DNA from: a virus
IMG/VR virus record: IMGVR_UViG_3300025381_000007
Strand: one strand, 5' to 3'
DNA: 37,326 nucleotides
Part shown: positions 15,045-24,702 of the stretch, in pieces
How positions within the stretch are numbered: the first letter of the stretch is position 1
Layout of the letters: every line of letters begins with the position of its first letter
Translations under genes and position numbers: made by a program
Notes under the pieces: generated by a model
The model's input: the letters and a program-made list of their open reading frames with translations, nothing else
The model's database searches: none
Told to the model about the DNA's origin: nothing

Positions 15045-15551
15045 TATATGTTGGTCTAATAGGGCTTGTAGTTCTAGAACGGCTTCATGCGGGCGGGAAC
15101 CCAGGACCTGTACAGCCACACCGCCCTGTTCACGCCATTCAAAACAGTTGCTGGTACGATCGTCGACTAGTATATCCCCAGGGCGACAGTGATTACACTT
15201 GTCATGACTGTAGGGGCCAAATCGCACTTCTATTTCAGGATAGTAGTCCCGCATCCATAGAATCTTGTCATGAAAACAATCGGGCATGTCATTTTTACGG
15301 GGAATGGCAGTAAGCATGTATAGATTATAACCACACTGGTCCCTAAACTGTCGGGCCAAAGCCATGATGCTATCGGCTATGGCAGTCTTGGGCAAGTGAC
15401 GATAAAAGTGGGGGATTTCCCTAATGCGAGCCCACTCTGATTCAATCCAACGACCGTCAATAACGGCATCTTTGCGGGCTTCTAGGGCATCTCGAGCAGC
15501 AGCATCAAAGTCTGCTACCACTCCATCCATGTCTATGTAAATGTTGTTCAT
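15033..15551 (-). CDS. HAD-family 5'(3')-deoxyribonucleotidase (NT5C-like)
   Basis: IYIDMDGVVADF, LTA, K..W and ILVDD motifs. Confidence 0.85.
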   Translation of the reverse strand: MNNIYIDMDGVVADFDAAARDALEARKDAVIDGRWIESEWARIREIPHFYRHLPKTAIADSIMALARQFRDQCGYNLYMLTAIPRKNDMPDCFHDKILWMRDYYPEIEVRFGPYSHDKCNHCRPGDILVDDRTSNCFEWREQGGVAVQVLGSRPHEAVLELQALLDQHISGS

Positions 15552-15559
15552 AGCATATA

Positions 15560-16255
15560 TTATATGCTAAGATCCTGATCGTGAGCAAGATCTATGAGCT
15601 TTTGTAGTGCTCGAACTGTGTCATCGTTGCGTAGGCTTTTGTAAACAAGGTTAGGTATACTAAACTCGCCACGGGGGTCATTGTGTAGTCCCTTGCGACG
15701 ATAGGTACGCAACAACTTCATGGTGCCCCGCATGGTGTTCAACTTGCCGCTACGTATGGCATGTTTGATTATGGTGTGCCATATGTCCACCCAATGTGCT
15801 AGTTCTTGGGTGTCAATCTGTGGTATATTTTTAGTGGGCTTGCGTAGCCAAGCATTCTTAACAATGCTATAACAGCCCCCGCTTTGGGCAGGCATATCTC
15901 GATCTTCTACATAAAGTTCCACAGGTATACCGTAGACTTCTAGACTGCGTTGTTGTTTGTATAACAAGCGTTTGGTGTCCATGAGCTCATGCACTTCACG
16001 GTCACAACTAACTTTTCGAAAATCTGCTATTAGATGCAGATCGATATCACTTTTATTGGTATAGGTATAGTTGGCGTTACCACCAGTGATCACTATGTCT
16101 ACCACATCCAAGGGAACATCTATGAACTTTTGGAAATCTTCGGCCATGCGTAGCAGTGCGCCACGTACTGAGCTTTTTAGTGTATTGTGATCCCATATCT
16201 TGGTATTCAACACAGGGTTAACATCAACCGGAGGGGCAAATTCTTTAAAATTCAT
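15560..16255 (-). CDS. Pol-beta superfamily nucleotidyltransferase
   Basis: ITGGNANYTYTNKSDIDLHL and PVELYVED motifs. Confidence 0.8.
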   Translation of the reverse strand: MNFKEFAPPVDVNPVLNTKIWDHNTLKSSVRGALLRMAEDFQKFIDVPLDVVDIVITGGNANYTYTNKSDIDLHLIADFRKVSCDREVHELMDTKRLLYKQQRSLEVYGIPVELYVEDRDMPAQSGGCYSIVKNAWLRKPTKNIPQIDTQELAHWVDIWHTIIKHAIRSGKLNTMRGTMKLLRTYRRKGLHNDPRGEFSIPNLVYKSLRNDDTVRALQKLIDLAHDQDLSI

Positions 16256-16261
16256 ATTTGG

Positions 16262-16280
16262 TATTTATGCTGTGTAAATA
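16262..16280. promoter_or_regulatory. Back-to-back divergent late promoters
   Basis: TATTTA 16262-16267 and TAAATA 16275-16280. Confidence 0.65.
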
Positions 16281-16290
16281 CACGAGCTTT

Positions 16291-16857
16291 ATGACAAAAC
16301 ATACTATCACAAACTATCGAGGGCATCTACTAGTGGCCAATGCCAATAATCCGCAGGACGAACTAAGTCGTGCAGTTATCCTTATTGTCGACCATCAAGA
16401 CAGTAAAGCCGTGGGACTACAAATAAACATGCCCACAGGTAAGACCACACTAAGCGACATAGCCGAAAACATAGGACTAGAATATCAAGGACCCCCCAGC
16501 AGTCCCCTGTACTTTGGAGGACCACATCAACACAGTCGAGTACACCTAATCCACAGTGCCGATTGGTTTACAGGCACTACTCAACCATTGACATCTGAAG
16601 TTTCTATGACCAGTGATATTACCGTACTCAGTGCTATATCTGCTGGAGAAGGCCCCAAACACTTTAAGGCCTGTGCAGGATTCTTTATTTGGGAAAATCA
16701 CTCACTGGATCTGTTATTGAGCAATACCAATAAAAAACTACACCGTTGGGAAATAGTGCCAGCTACTGCTGAACTAGTATTTGACTACGACGAGGACACA
16801 CTGTGGAAGGCTGCATTGTTGGAAGTGGCCCACTACAATGCAGCCATGTGGTTTTAA
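16291..16857 (+). CDS. yqgE: YqgE/AlgH (DUF179) family protein
   Basis: GHLLVA, RAVILIVDH, GLQINMP, LYFGGP, IHS and W..vPA..eLvF motifs. Confidence 0.8.
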   Translation: MTKHTITNYRGHLLVANANNPQDELSRAVILIVDHQDSKAVGLQINMPTGKTTLSDIAENIGLEYQGPPSSPLYFGGPHQHSRVHLIHSADWFTGTTQPLTSEVSMTSDITVLSAISAGEGPKHFKACAGFFIWENHSLDLLLSNTNKKLHRWEIVPATAELVFDYDEDTLWKAALLEVAHYNAAMWF

Positions 16858-18338
16858 TCTCGTTCGGGATTTAGATTATCCAGCATACTGCGAATCTTTG
16901 GAGCCGCTGACTCAGTACGTGGTCTACCCCCGGGTAGAATATCAAAAGGATCCGGACGATCAGCTCGCCGTTGCGGCTTTTCCCACGCTGTACTAGTTGT
17001 GACCACACTGGTACGTTTTAGTCCATCCATGACACTTTGAGTAGTGGGGCTAACACGTTGCTGATTGATATTACCTTGAGCGTCTTGTTCACCTTCTTCA
17101 CCCAAGTCCGTGATGCGTAGTGTATCGAGATTAAACTCTAAATCAACCTTTTGTCCCACACCAGAACTTGAACGTGTCTTCATAAACTGGATTTGATAGC
17201 GTCCCCGTTCCTTCATAGCACGGCTAGTAAAGATACCGATCACGTTATCCGCCGTCATAATCTTACTCAACCCACCACTAATATGACTGTGGTCAAACTC
17301 GATTTCTTCAACAGCACTACGATTCAACTGACTGGCTGTGACTGTGATACATTGTGTTTCCATGGCCAAGTTTCGAATCTCTTCCGACACATATTTGTCC
17401 TTGACAAACAAATCACTGGGACTAACCTTCACACTCAAAGGCATCATTAAATCCAAGTAATCTATTAACAAAACGTCAGGTTTCACACCTGTTTTCACCT
17501 GATATTCTTTAAGATATGCACGAATATCGTTACAGTTTTTACCACTGGGCATATACTTAACTTGTAGGTGTCCACTACGTTTTTCCAACATTTTGACTTT
17601 GAGTTCCACATCATCAATGTTACGGAAAATATCTCTAGTACCAATACCAGTGGTCATACTATCCAAACGCATAGACACCAAACCTTCACTCAACTCAAAT
17701 GTTAGATAGATCACATTCAAGCCCATAAGTGCCCAGTTCACCCCCATGTTGGCTAGGAACAAACTCTTACCACCACCCGATGCCGCACAAAAGATATTGA
17801 GTTCTCCACGGTTAAATCCGCCATAGAGTTTTTTGTCCACCATGGGCCAGCCTGTGCTAATCTGTCCATTGTTGTCTTTGAGTTTGCTTAGTCGAGCACG
17901 GGGATCAGCAAAGTAGTCAGTGCCCATGTCCTTGTTCAAACTGATTTGAATAGCGTCCTTGATCAGCTTTTCCACTGGACCATAATCGCCATCTTCTAGC
18001 AAATCGCTAGATTTAATAATAGCACGTTCTAGTCCCTTGTGTCGACTAAAGTTTTCAAACTCATCCATTAACCAGTTGTAGTTTTCTTTAGGCAGAGTCA
18101 CTGATTCAAAATCGCTTTTAGTAGCAGCATTGACAATGTTGGCTTCGGGCATGACCTTGTATTCATCTACATACTTGTGAATGAATGTGGCTGCGTCTTG
18201 TAGTCGTTGATCAAAGTTTTCTGGGTCAAAAATGTTTTGGCATCTAATAAAAGTTTCGGCATCACTGAGAAACATCTCGATATAGAGTTTCTGCATGTTG
18301 TAATCATAGTTGGGTTTTGGTTGTTTAGTCTTGGACAT
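16854..18338 (-). CDS. Replicative DnaB-like helicase (T4 gp41-like)
   Basis: ISTGW, AASGGGKS, IDYLDLM and TASQLNR motifs. Confidence 0.93.
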   Translation of the reverse strand: MSKTKQPKPNYDYNMQKLYIEMFLSDAETFIRCQNIFDPENFDQRLQDAATFIHKYVDEYKVMPEANIVNAATKSDFESVTLPKENYNWLMDEFENFSRHKGLERAIIKSSDLLEDGDYGPVEKLIKDAIQISLNKDMGTDYFADPRARLSKLKDNNGQISTGWPMVDKKLYGGFNRGELNIFCAASGGGKSLFLANMGVNWALMGLNVIYLTFELSEGLVSMRLDSMTTGIGTRDIFRNIDDVELKVKMLEKRSGHLQVKYMPSGKNCNDIRAYLKEYQVKTGVKPDVLLIDYLDLMMPLSVKVSPSDLFVKDKYVSEEIRNLAMETQCITVTASQLNRSAVEEIEFDHSHISGGLSKIMTADNVIGIFTSRAMKERGRYQIQFMKTRSSSGVGQKVDLEFNLDTLRITDLGEEGEQDAQGNINQQRVSPTTQSVMDGLKRTSVVTTSTAWEKPQRRADRPDPFDILPGGRPRTESAAPKIRSMLDNLNPERD

Positions 18339-19305
18339 TCAATAGTTTCTTTTCTAGTAGATGTAAATTTATCTCGCCCTGTACTTTATAGTGCAGGATT
18401 GTGGTTAGGGTGTATAATCTGCCATAGCGTTTGACAGCATCAGCAACGTCTTTGATGTCATCTTCCCAAGGAGGCAAACTGGCACTCCATTTATTTTCAA
18501 TAGCAGCTCTAACTAACTTAGCACCCGGTTGATCACGATCTGGTACTACAATAACTTCTCTAGCTAGATTATTGATTCTAGTACATTGGGTTTCGTTAGG
18601 TTCGTTGTGCATGATAGCTACACCTTCTATGGCAATAGCATCAAACTGTCCTTCTGTAACAATAACAAATGCTTTATCACTGGTTTGAGCATCGATATTA
18701 AACACGTAACCGGGTTGTGCATCAGTAAGGTATTTTGGTTTACCATCTCGAATCTTGCGTCCGGTATAGCCTACAATCTTACCATTGTGATAGAATGGGA
18801 TAATGACCCTGTCCCTATATCCAGGGGCCGCACTCCAATGCCAGTTATACCACTCCCAAGAAACTTGCCGAGTGTCTACTAGGTATTGTACAACTTCTAG
18901 CAGTTCAGGTTCTTGACATCCTTCCTGTATCCATGTGTCAATAGACAAGCAGTCATCAGGCAATGCTCGTTCTTCTAGAGTAAAGTTTAAGGCTTTTTTA
19001 AGTACAGGTTGATCGTCTTTGACTTTTAATGCTGCAAGATTAAGCCGTCCTATTTCTTGTTCACTAAGATTGAGCCATTTGAAAAGCTGTCGTGTATTTT
19101 TGCTGAGTAGTTTGCCCGGGCTCCAGCCACATTTGAAGTTACAGTTAAAACAATGATATTGAAATCCACCATCAGTATTGGTTAGTACCCCGCCGCGTTT
19201 ACGAGTATCTTGGCAGCAAACCGCGTCAAAACTGATCCACCCGCTGGGAGTAGCTTTTCGTTTAGGAGGCAGTAATGCTAAGACTGTATCTTGAATTTCG
19301 TTCAC
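18325..19305 (-). CDS. DNA primase (T4 gp61-like)
   Basis: Zn site CC...HCFNC; RVIIPF; TOPRIM EGQFDA, PDRD and KDVAD. Confidence 0.9.
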   Translation of the reverse strand: MNEIQDTVLALLPPKRKATPSGWISFDAVCCQDTRKRGGVLTNTDGGFQYHCFNCNFKCGWSPGKLLSKNTRQLFKWLNLSEQEIGRLNLAALKVKDDQPVLKKALNFTLEERALPDDCLSIDTWIQEGCQEPELLEVVQYLVDTRQVSWEWYNWHWSAAPGYRDRVIIPFYHNGKIVGYTGRKIRDGKPKYLTDAQPGYVFNIDAQTSDKAFVIVTEGQFDAIAIEGVAIMHNEPNETQCTRINNLAREVIVVPDRDQPGAKLVRAAIENKWSASLPPWEDDIKDVADAVKRYGRLYTLTTILHYKVQGEINLHLLEKKLLNVQD

Positions 19306-19311
19306 ACTACA

Positions 19312-19340
19312 AGTTTAACTTCTGTAGAGGACTTTGTCAA
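19312..19340 (-). promoter_or_regulatory. sigma70 promoter for primase (leaderless GTG)
   Basis: TTGACA-N17-TAAACT, 6 nt before GTG. Confidence 0.7.
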
Positions 19341-20361
19341 GGCTTCCGTAGTAACTAGGATTGTCGTTTGTGCTATCACCAGGTTTGGTAGCAGGTGTGT
19401 ATATGATTCGAACGTAGCTGTAGATACCGTTAGAGTTTATATAGTCAATACCAGTGAATCCGTCATAGGTTCGAGTTTCTAGAGTATCATAAACTACACT
19501 ACTATCTGGTTGATTACTTAATGTACCTTGAAAAGTTACAGTACCTTTATAGTTAGTCATGTATATAGCCACAGTGTGTAAAGCACCACCAGTTTCATTA
19601 AATTCTGGATGAGCATATAGATTACCACTGAACCATTCGTACAGAGAAGATACTGTATTGAATCTGGATAAGAAGGTATCTACTTCTAAACTGGGTTGTA
19701 ATTTAGGATAAATGTCGTCCTTTAGTGTTAGTGTTCCAGTAATACCATAGTAGGTATTTGAATATACGGGTGCATACCCTCCCAAATCTGGATCAACATA
19801 TTTGATGCTGTATTGATATTCACCCACATCCAAATTGAGTGTATTGCTTTCGGTCAAGACAAGTTCGCCGGTACCACGTAGACCTACTGTTCCGAGAGTT
19901 AGTGTAGTAGATGATGTTACTGGATATGTAGTGACTTGATTTAATGTTACCGTACCAGAAGAATAGCCAATAACTACAGAGTTAGGAGCTATGCCAAAAC
20001 CTGTAATAGTTTGTCCAATGGTAACATTGGTGGCAGTATTAAATGATAGGGTATTGCCAACAGTAGTTTGATCTTGAATAGTAGAAGCAGTAAAGGAGTC
20101 GTCTAAAACAGTAATAAGTTTCTCAAAAAGTTGTCGTTGGTCAGTAGCATTGAACATTGTGAACACGTATGTACCTGTATTAGATATCGGTAACAGTTTT
20201 TGATCACTGTTCTTAAACTGTATTCTTATCTTGTTCTTAACGCCCTTTTGAATGACTAGGTCGCGTTGATACATAACGTTGTTAACTCCTCGGGTAGTAG
20301 GATCCAAATCTAGTATGACACTGAGGGTATTTGGATATAAATAGATTGGCAAACTTAGCAT
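19315..20361 (-). CDS. Hypothetical beta-rich, Thr-rich protein, probably virion structural
   Basis: 348 aa; TAAATA 4 nt upstream. Confidence 0.6.
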   Translation of the reverse strand: MLSLPIYLYPNTLSVILDLDPTTRGVNNVMYQRDLVIQKGVKNKIRIQFKNSDQKLLPISNTGTYVFTMFNATDQRQLFEKLITVLDDSFTASTIQDQTTVGNTLSFNTATNVTIGQTITGFGIAPNSVVIGYSSGTVTLNQVTTYPVTSSTTLTLGTVGLRGTGELVLTESNTLNLDVGEYQYSIKYVDPDLGGYAPVYSNTYYGITGTLTLKDDIYPKLQPSLEVDTFLSRFNTVSSLYEWFSGNLYAHPEFNETGGALHTVAIYMTNYKGTVTFQGTLSNQPDSSVVYDTLETRTYDGFTGIDYINSNGIYSYVRIIYTPATKPGDSTNDNPSYYGSLDKVLYRS

Positions 20362-20381
20362 ATGGTATTTATTAAACTATA

Positions 20382-20762
20382 ATGACATCAACGACTCCCT
20401 TTCAAGAAAATCATCCCTTTGTATCCTGCATAAAATCAAATAACATCGAATATGTGGGGATAGTAATCAATTTCGATGATTTTGTTACCAGTATCTATGA
20501 CATTAGTGTTATAAAATCCGACGAAGACAAAATAAAGTTTTTAGAACTAGGTGAAATATGGTGGTGGGAAAGTAACAGGAAAATTCCTATTAACATTTTC
20601 CTAAAAAGAGAGATGCAGACCTACAGATATGCTATCAAAACATTTAATAGCAAAGATGTTGAACTATTATTTGGACCCAGTGTCAATTTAAGCGAGATAG
20701 CAGAAAAACGTATCAAACGCAAATCGATTCAACTGGTTCGTGTGCCTAAGAGTAGTCGTTAA
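20382..20762 (+). CDS. Conserved hypothetical protein
   Basis: WWWESNRKIPINIFL motif; 126 aa. Confidence 0.75.
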   Translation: MTSTTPFQENHPFVSCIKSNNIEYVGIVINFDDFVTSIYDISVIKSDEDKIKFLELGEIWWWESNRKIPINIFLKREMQTYRYAIKTFNSKDVELLFGPSVNLSEIAEKRIKRKSIQLVRVPKSSR

Positions 20763-20786
20763 TATTTTTCATAAGTTCTTCTACAG

Positions 20787-21392
20787 TTATAGAACTTTTT
20801 GATCCTTTACTAGAATTTTTTCACATATTAAATTTAACTGCACTATAACTACTGCGGCATAACTAATAGCATGTGCATGTTTGAATACGTAACTTCCGTC
20901 AATCGGTTTAACCCATATTTCATCTTTGATCGCCTCGAATCCTTCTTTCTCGCATACTGGGATCAAATGTTTTTTACCGGGTCTGAGCAGGGCCAAGAAC
21001 ATAGCAAGCTCAACAACTGATTTAGGTTTCAATCGAGCTACTAGTTCGTGATAGCCATTGATGTGAAACAGTTGATCACACATATCTTTTTCACCTAGTA
21101 GATCCCACAGCGGTTCTGTGTTCAATAAGCGAATCAAATGTTCTTCATTTTTAACACCTGCATAGGCACTGACATTTAAGAAATCAATCTTAAAGTAGCC
21201 GCGAGCTTCAGCAGTTTTGTAGTTAATGCTAGCACATCCTGTTAGAGGGTTAACAGGAATAGGTTGGCAATAGACGCCGGTATTGTGCTTCTTTCCATCT
21301 CCAAGCGCAGCAGGGACATGTTTGATTACATCAAGGATCTGCTGTCTGTTCAGGAGGTCGACATCAATATCCGGCAGTTCTAATTTCGTCAT
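20787..21392 (-). CDS. dnaE: Miniature DNA polymerase III alpha (C-family) catalytic core
   Basis: PDIDVD, H..GV, FKIDFL, ALLRPG and YVFKHAHAISYA motifs; start uncertain. Confidence 0.8.
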   Translation of the reverse strand: MTKLELPDIDVDLLNRQQILDVIKHVPAALGDGKKHNTGVYCQPIPVNPLTGCASINYKTAEARGYFKIDFLNVSAYAGVKNEEHLIRLLNTEPLWDLLGEKDMCDQLFHINGYHELVARLKPKSVVELAMFLALLRPGKKHLIPVCEKEGFEAIKDEIWVKPIDGSYVFKHAHAISYAAVVIVQLNLICEKILVKDQKVL

Positions 21393-22122
21393 ATGAAGGT
21401 GCGTAGTTTCCACGGTGTTGTACAGTTATGCCTGCAGCCACATTAGCAAATATAATAGCTTTTTCTATGTCTTTTGTCGAGAGATATTGAGCAACTAGTG
21501 CAGCAAGGAATGTATCGCCACAACCGCATACGTCTGTAACTTCAATAGGATTAATACCAAACAGTGTTTCAGTTTGTGGAAGTTTAAGCATAGCACCTTT
21601 ATTTCCTAGTGTAACAATTAAGTTACTAGGGAGGCTACGAGCACTTTTATATTCTAGTTCATTAATTTTAAAATAAACATGATCGGCACTAATATCTGCT
21701 AACTGAGTTTTCTTGGTATCAATAAAAACAGGACATTTTGCTTCTTTGATAATCTGCTCAATAGCTTCGTATGTTAAAAACCCTTTATTATAATCTGAAA
21801 TTACAATGGCATCAAAACTTTCAATAGGTTCCGATAACTTACCACTCCACGGAGTGATTTTAGATTCTACATCTACACGGATCATATGTTGTCCCGATCT
21901 TTGATCAATATACCGAGTTTTAATAATGTCTTCGGTATTATGAACAAAGTAAGTATCAATGTTTAAGTTTTTTAAATTGAGATTAACATTACTGGCCATG
22001 CCAGGCACAGTTTGTGTTTCAATAAGTTTAATAATAGGAACTGGTGCTTCAGGACTTAACCTATCGATTGTTCCTATCTTGTATTCATCAATACAACTAT
22101 CACCGATTAATAGTACTGTCAT
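21364..22122 (-). CDS. rfaE: D-glycero-D-manno-heptose-7-phosphate kinase (HldE/RfaE kinase domain, PfkB family)
   Basis: RLSPEAPVP, ISDYNKG and DVCGCGDTF motifs. Confidence 0.88.
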   Translation of the reverse strand: MTVLLIGDSCIDEYKIGTIDRLSPEAPVPIIKLIETQTVPGMASNVNLNLKNLNIDTYFVHNTEDIIKTRYIDQRSGQHMIRVDVESKITPWSGKLSEPIESFDAIVISDYNKGFLTYEAIEQIIKEAKCPVFIDTKKTQLADISADHVYFKINELEYKSARSLPSNLIVTLGNKGAMLKLPQTETLFGINPIEVTDVCGCGDTFLAALVAQYLSTKDIEKAIIFANVAAGITVQHRGNYAPSYDEIRTAGY

Positions 22123-22895
22123 GGGTTATAATACTTTTTAATTTTTGTTAGGTCAGCACAAGTATATGTTTGATACTGATTTTTAATATTATCAGGAATA
22201 GGAATATATTCTATTCTAGCATTGTATTCTTTGGCAATTTCTTCAGCAACTTCCTGAAATGATTTTGCTACTCCAGTGCCCACATTCCAAATACCAGATT
22301 CTTTGACATTAAAGAATAACTTATGTACATCTGTTACTGTATTAACAGGAACAAAATCTCTTTTAAAATTTTCAGACCCTTCGAATAACTGAATTACTCC
22401 AGATCTTTTTGCTTGTTCTGTAAACTTGTGATAAGGACTGGCTTGTTCGCCTTTGTGATCTTCATGGGGGCCGTAGACATTGAAATATCTAAAACCTTGA
22501 ATAACGATCTTCCACTTATACTTTAAGCCAATCACATATCTGTCAAACATGACTTTACTCCATGCGTAAGGATTTAAGGGATTAACTGGAGCATCTTCGG
22601 CAAAATTATTTCTTAATCCATAGACGCTGGAAGAACTTGCATATTGCAGATTAACACCATAGTTTTGGCATTCGGCAGCAATCCATCGACTAAAGTCATA
22701 GTTTTGTCCCATCATGTGTTCAACATTCTGATCGGTAGTAACACTATGAGCACCGAGATGTATTACCCAGTCATGATCGCGTATCGAAGGGATAGTTTCT
22801 CCCCAATCAAATGTTGTTACTTCATGTTCGTCTTTAAGAGCTTTGACCATATTTTGACCAATAAAGCCCCTAGCCCCGGTTATTAAAATTCTCAT
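22119..22895 (-). CDS. rfaD: ADP-L-glycero-D-manno-heptose 6-epimerase
   Basis: TGARGFIG, YASSSSVYG, YAWSK, FRYFNVYGPHEDHKG and YQTYTCAD motifs. Confidence 0.88.
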   Translation of the reverse strand: MRILITGARGFIGQNMVKALKDEHEVTTFDWGETIPSIRDHDWVIHLGAHSVTTDQNVEHMMGQNYDFSRWIAAECQNYGVNLQYASSSSVYGLRNNFAEDAPVNPLNPYAWSKVMFDRYVIGLKYKWKIVIQGFRYFNVYGPHEDHKGEQASPYHKFTEQAKRSGVIQLFEGSENFKRDFVPVNTVTDVHKLFFNVKESGIWNVGTGVAKSFQEVAEEIAKEYNARIEYIPIPDNIKNQYQTYTCADLTKIKKYYNP

Positions 22896-23251
22896 CGTTG
22901 ACTATCGCCTTTCATTACACGATAGTTATCTTCAACGCTGTCCGGTGTACTAACTTCAATAATAGTGCCAGCTTCTAGGCAAATAACTTGGTGGGGTAAC
23001 AACGGTTCATTACGCCAAACATCGCCTACGTTTAATTCATTTTCGTATTGACTAGCATTCTTTGTATCGATGCAGATAACTTTAAACTTACCGCTTAGAA
23101 CATACCAAGTCTCATCTTTCTTAGCATGAAAGTGCATACTAAATCTAGCACCTTGATTAAACTCTAATAGTTTACCGCAATACTTGTCGTTGGTGGCCCA
23201 AATATTTTCTCGTCCCCAACCTTTAGTTACAAATCCTGATAGCTGTGTCAT
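22892..23251 (-). CDS. Cupin protein (sugar-phosphate isomerase-like)
   Basis: KGWG.E, SMHFH..KDETWYV, H and EVSTPD motifs. Confidence 0.8.
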   Translation of the reverse strand: MTQLSGFVTKGWGRENIWATNDKYCGKLLEFNQGARFSMHFHAKKDETWYVLSGKFKVICIDTKNASQYENELNVGDVWRNEPLLPHQVICLEAGTIIEVSTPDSVEDNYRVMKGDSQR

Positions 23252-23940
23252 TCTATTCCTACCTCATTACATATTTCTTTTACCAGTGCTGTATCTGCTG
23301 GTAGTTCTTTAAATCTTTTTAACCAATATGGGACATCAAATGCTGGAGCAATAATGTTTAGTTGCTCATCGGTCATTTTACGAATCATTTCTTTACCATC
23401 TGTAGAGTTCAGTATTACCCAACAACTAATCTTACCGTTTACAATATCATGTACTGCTCTATTCAAACTAACGTAACGAAAATAATGTGCAAACTCTGCA
23501 TTATGCTCATCTCCCCATTCCATCATAGTTTGTATGGTTCTTTGTACTGCGGACTCTACTGGTTCAGTTTTTAATACATCATAAAGATAAGAATAATATA
23601 GATTATCACTGCACCACTTGTCAAGTTTAGTTCCACTACGGATTACGTAGTCCACAAACTTATCAGGGTATAGAGCATTAGTATTATTGAGGAAGCTGCC
23701 AAACTTAACAAAAGCGTTGTAATAACTGGTGTCGCAGAAATCTTCATAGGTCTTGGTCTTTCCACCTTGTGCTAGGGTCCAAAAACGGTTAAAGGCCATA
23801 TATCCGGCCTGTACTCGTTTTTCATTTTTTTGCAATACTCGACGTTTGCGTTCGCACATATGTGCTACAAGTGTTTTTTCTTGTACAAACTTTTTATTAC
23901 AGTGAACACATTTAAATGGTTGTGGCACCAAAGCAATCAT
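23248..23940 (-). CDS. Hypothetical protein with N-terminal zinc finger
   Basis: FKCVHCNKKF...HMC. Confidence 0.75.
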   Translation of the reverse strand: MIALVPQPFKCVHCNKKFVQEKTLVAHMCERKRRVLQKNEKRVQAGYMAFNRFWTLAQGGKTKTYEDFCDTSYYNAFVKFGSFLNNTNALYPDKFVDYVIRSGTKLDKWCSDNLYYSYLYDVLKTEPVESAVQRTIQTMMEWGDEHNAEFAHYFRYVSLNRAVHDIVNGKISCWVILNSTDGKEMIRKMTDEQLNIIAPAFDVPYWLKRFKELPADTALVKEICNEVGIE

Positions 23941-24401
23941 TCGTATTCTTTCCGTTGTTTCTTATCAAAACCCATTTTATCAAACAGCTCTTCTTTGTCT
24001 GCTTTGGTCATCATACTGGCCCATAGTTTGATATCACTCATCTTCATAGCAGGTTTTAGTTCTGCTAAAAGTTTTTCAATCTTATTGGCTTTTTCTTTTT
24101 TACCTGCGGCAAGATATGGATGATAACAGTTTATACCAGCACCCGTGGCGGCAAACAACTTCCACAATAATGCCTTATGACCTTTACTTAAATCATTGAA
24201 GTTTTTATTGACACATTCGTTGGTCATTTCAACAAACCACTCTTGAATATCTCTATCACCTTGTACGTTACTGGTATAACGCATTAGAATAAAGGGACTA
24301 AACGCTTTCTTTTCTTCGTCAGTTAGGTTATCGTAAAAGTCGTAGTTCTTTTGATCTACTGCATTTAGTTCACGTTTGATATCAAGTTTTGCTGTTGCCA
24401 T
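23937..24401 (-). CDS. Putative clamp-loader small subunit (gp62-like)
   Basis: FSPFILMRYTS resembles the gp62 N-terminal motif; size and context fit. Confidence 0.45.
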   Translation of the reverse strand: MATAKLDIKRELNAVDQKNYDFYDNLTDEEKKAFSPFILMRYTSNVQGDRDIQEWFVEMTNECVNKNFNDLSKGHKALLWKLFAATGAGINCYHPYLAAGKKEKANKIEKLLAELKPAMKMSDIKLWASMMTKADKEELFDKMGFDKKQRKEYE

Positions 24402-24402
24402 T

Positions 24403-24699
24403 TTATTCGTCTCGTAAGTCAATTTTACCGCCGTAACGGTCTTCGTATTCTTTGCTGAGTTTGTATAATATTATACACTGTTCCATGGCTTTTTGTATAG
24501 CAGGATTTGTCCCAGCGGCCCGACGAATTTCACCCCAAAGTTTATCTTCACGGATCTGATCTATTGTATTTTTTGCTTTAATACTTTGTCCCACAAGTTT
24601 ACGTTCGCGTGGATCTTGACCAACCTCTCGAGCGTAGACAGTTTCTCCACCGTCTGGACTTTCATATACATAACGAGCATTAGGAGTTAACGATCCCAT
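24403..24699 (-). CDS. Hypothetical protein (YESPDGGETVYAR family)
   Basis: In operon. Confidence 0.75.
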   Translation of the reverse strand: MGSLTPNARYVYESPDGGETVYAREVGQDPRERKLVGQSIKAKNTIDQIREDKLWGEIRRAAGTNPAIQKAMEQCIILYKLSKEYEDRYGGKIDLRDE

Positions 24700-24702
24700 A
24701 TA

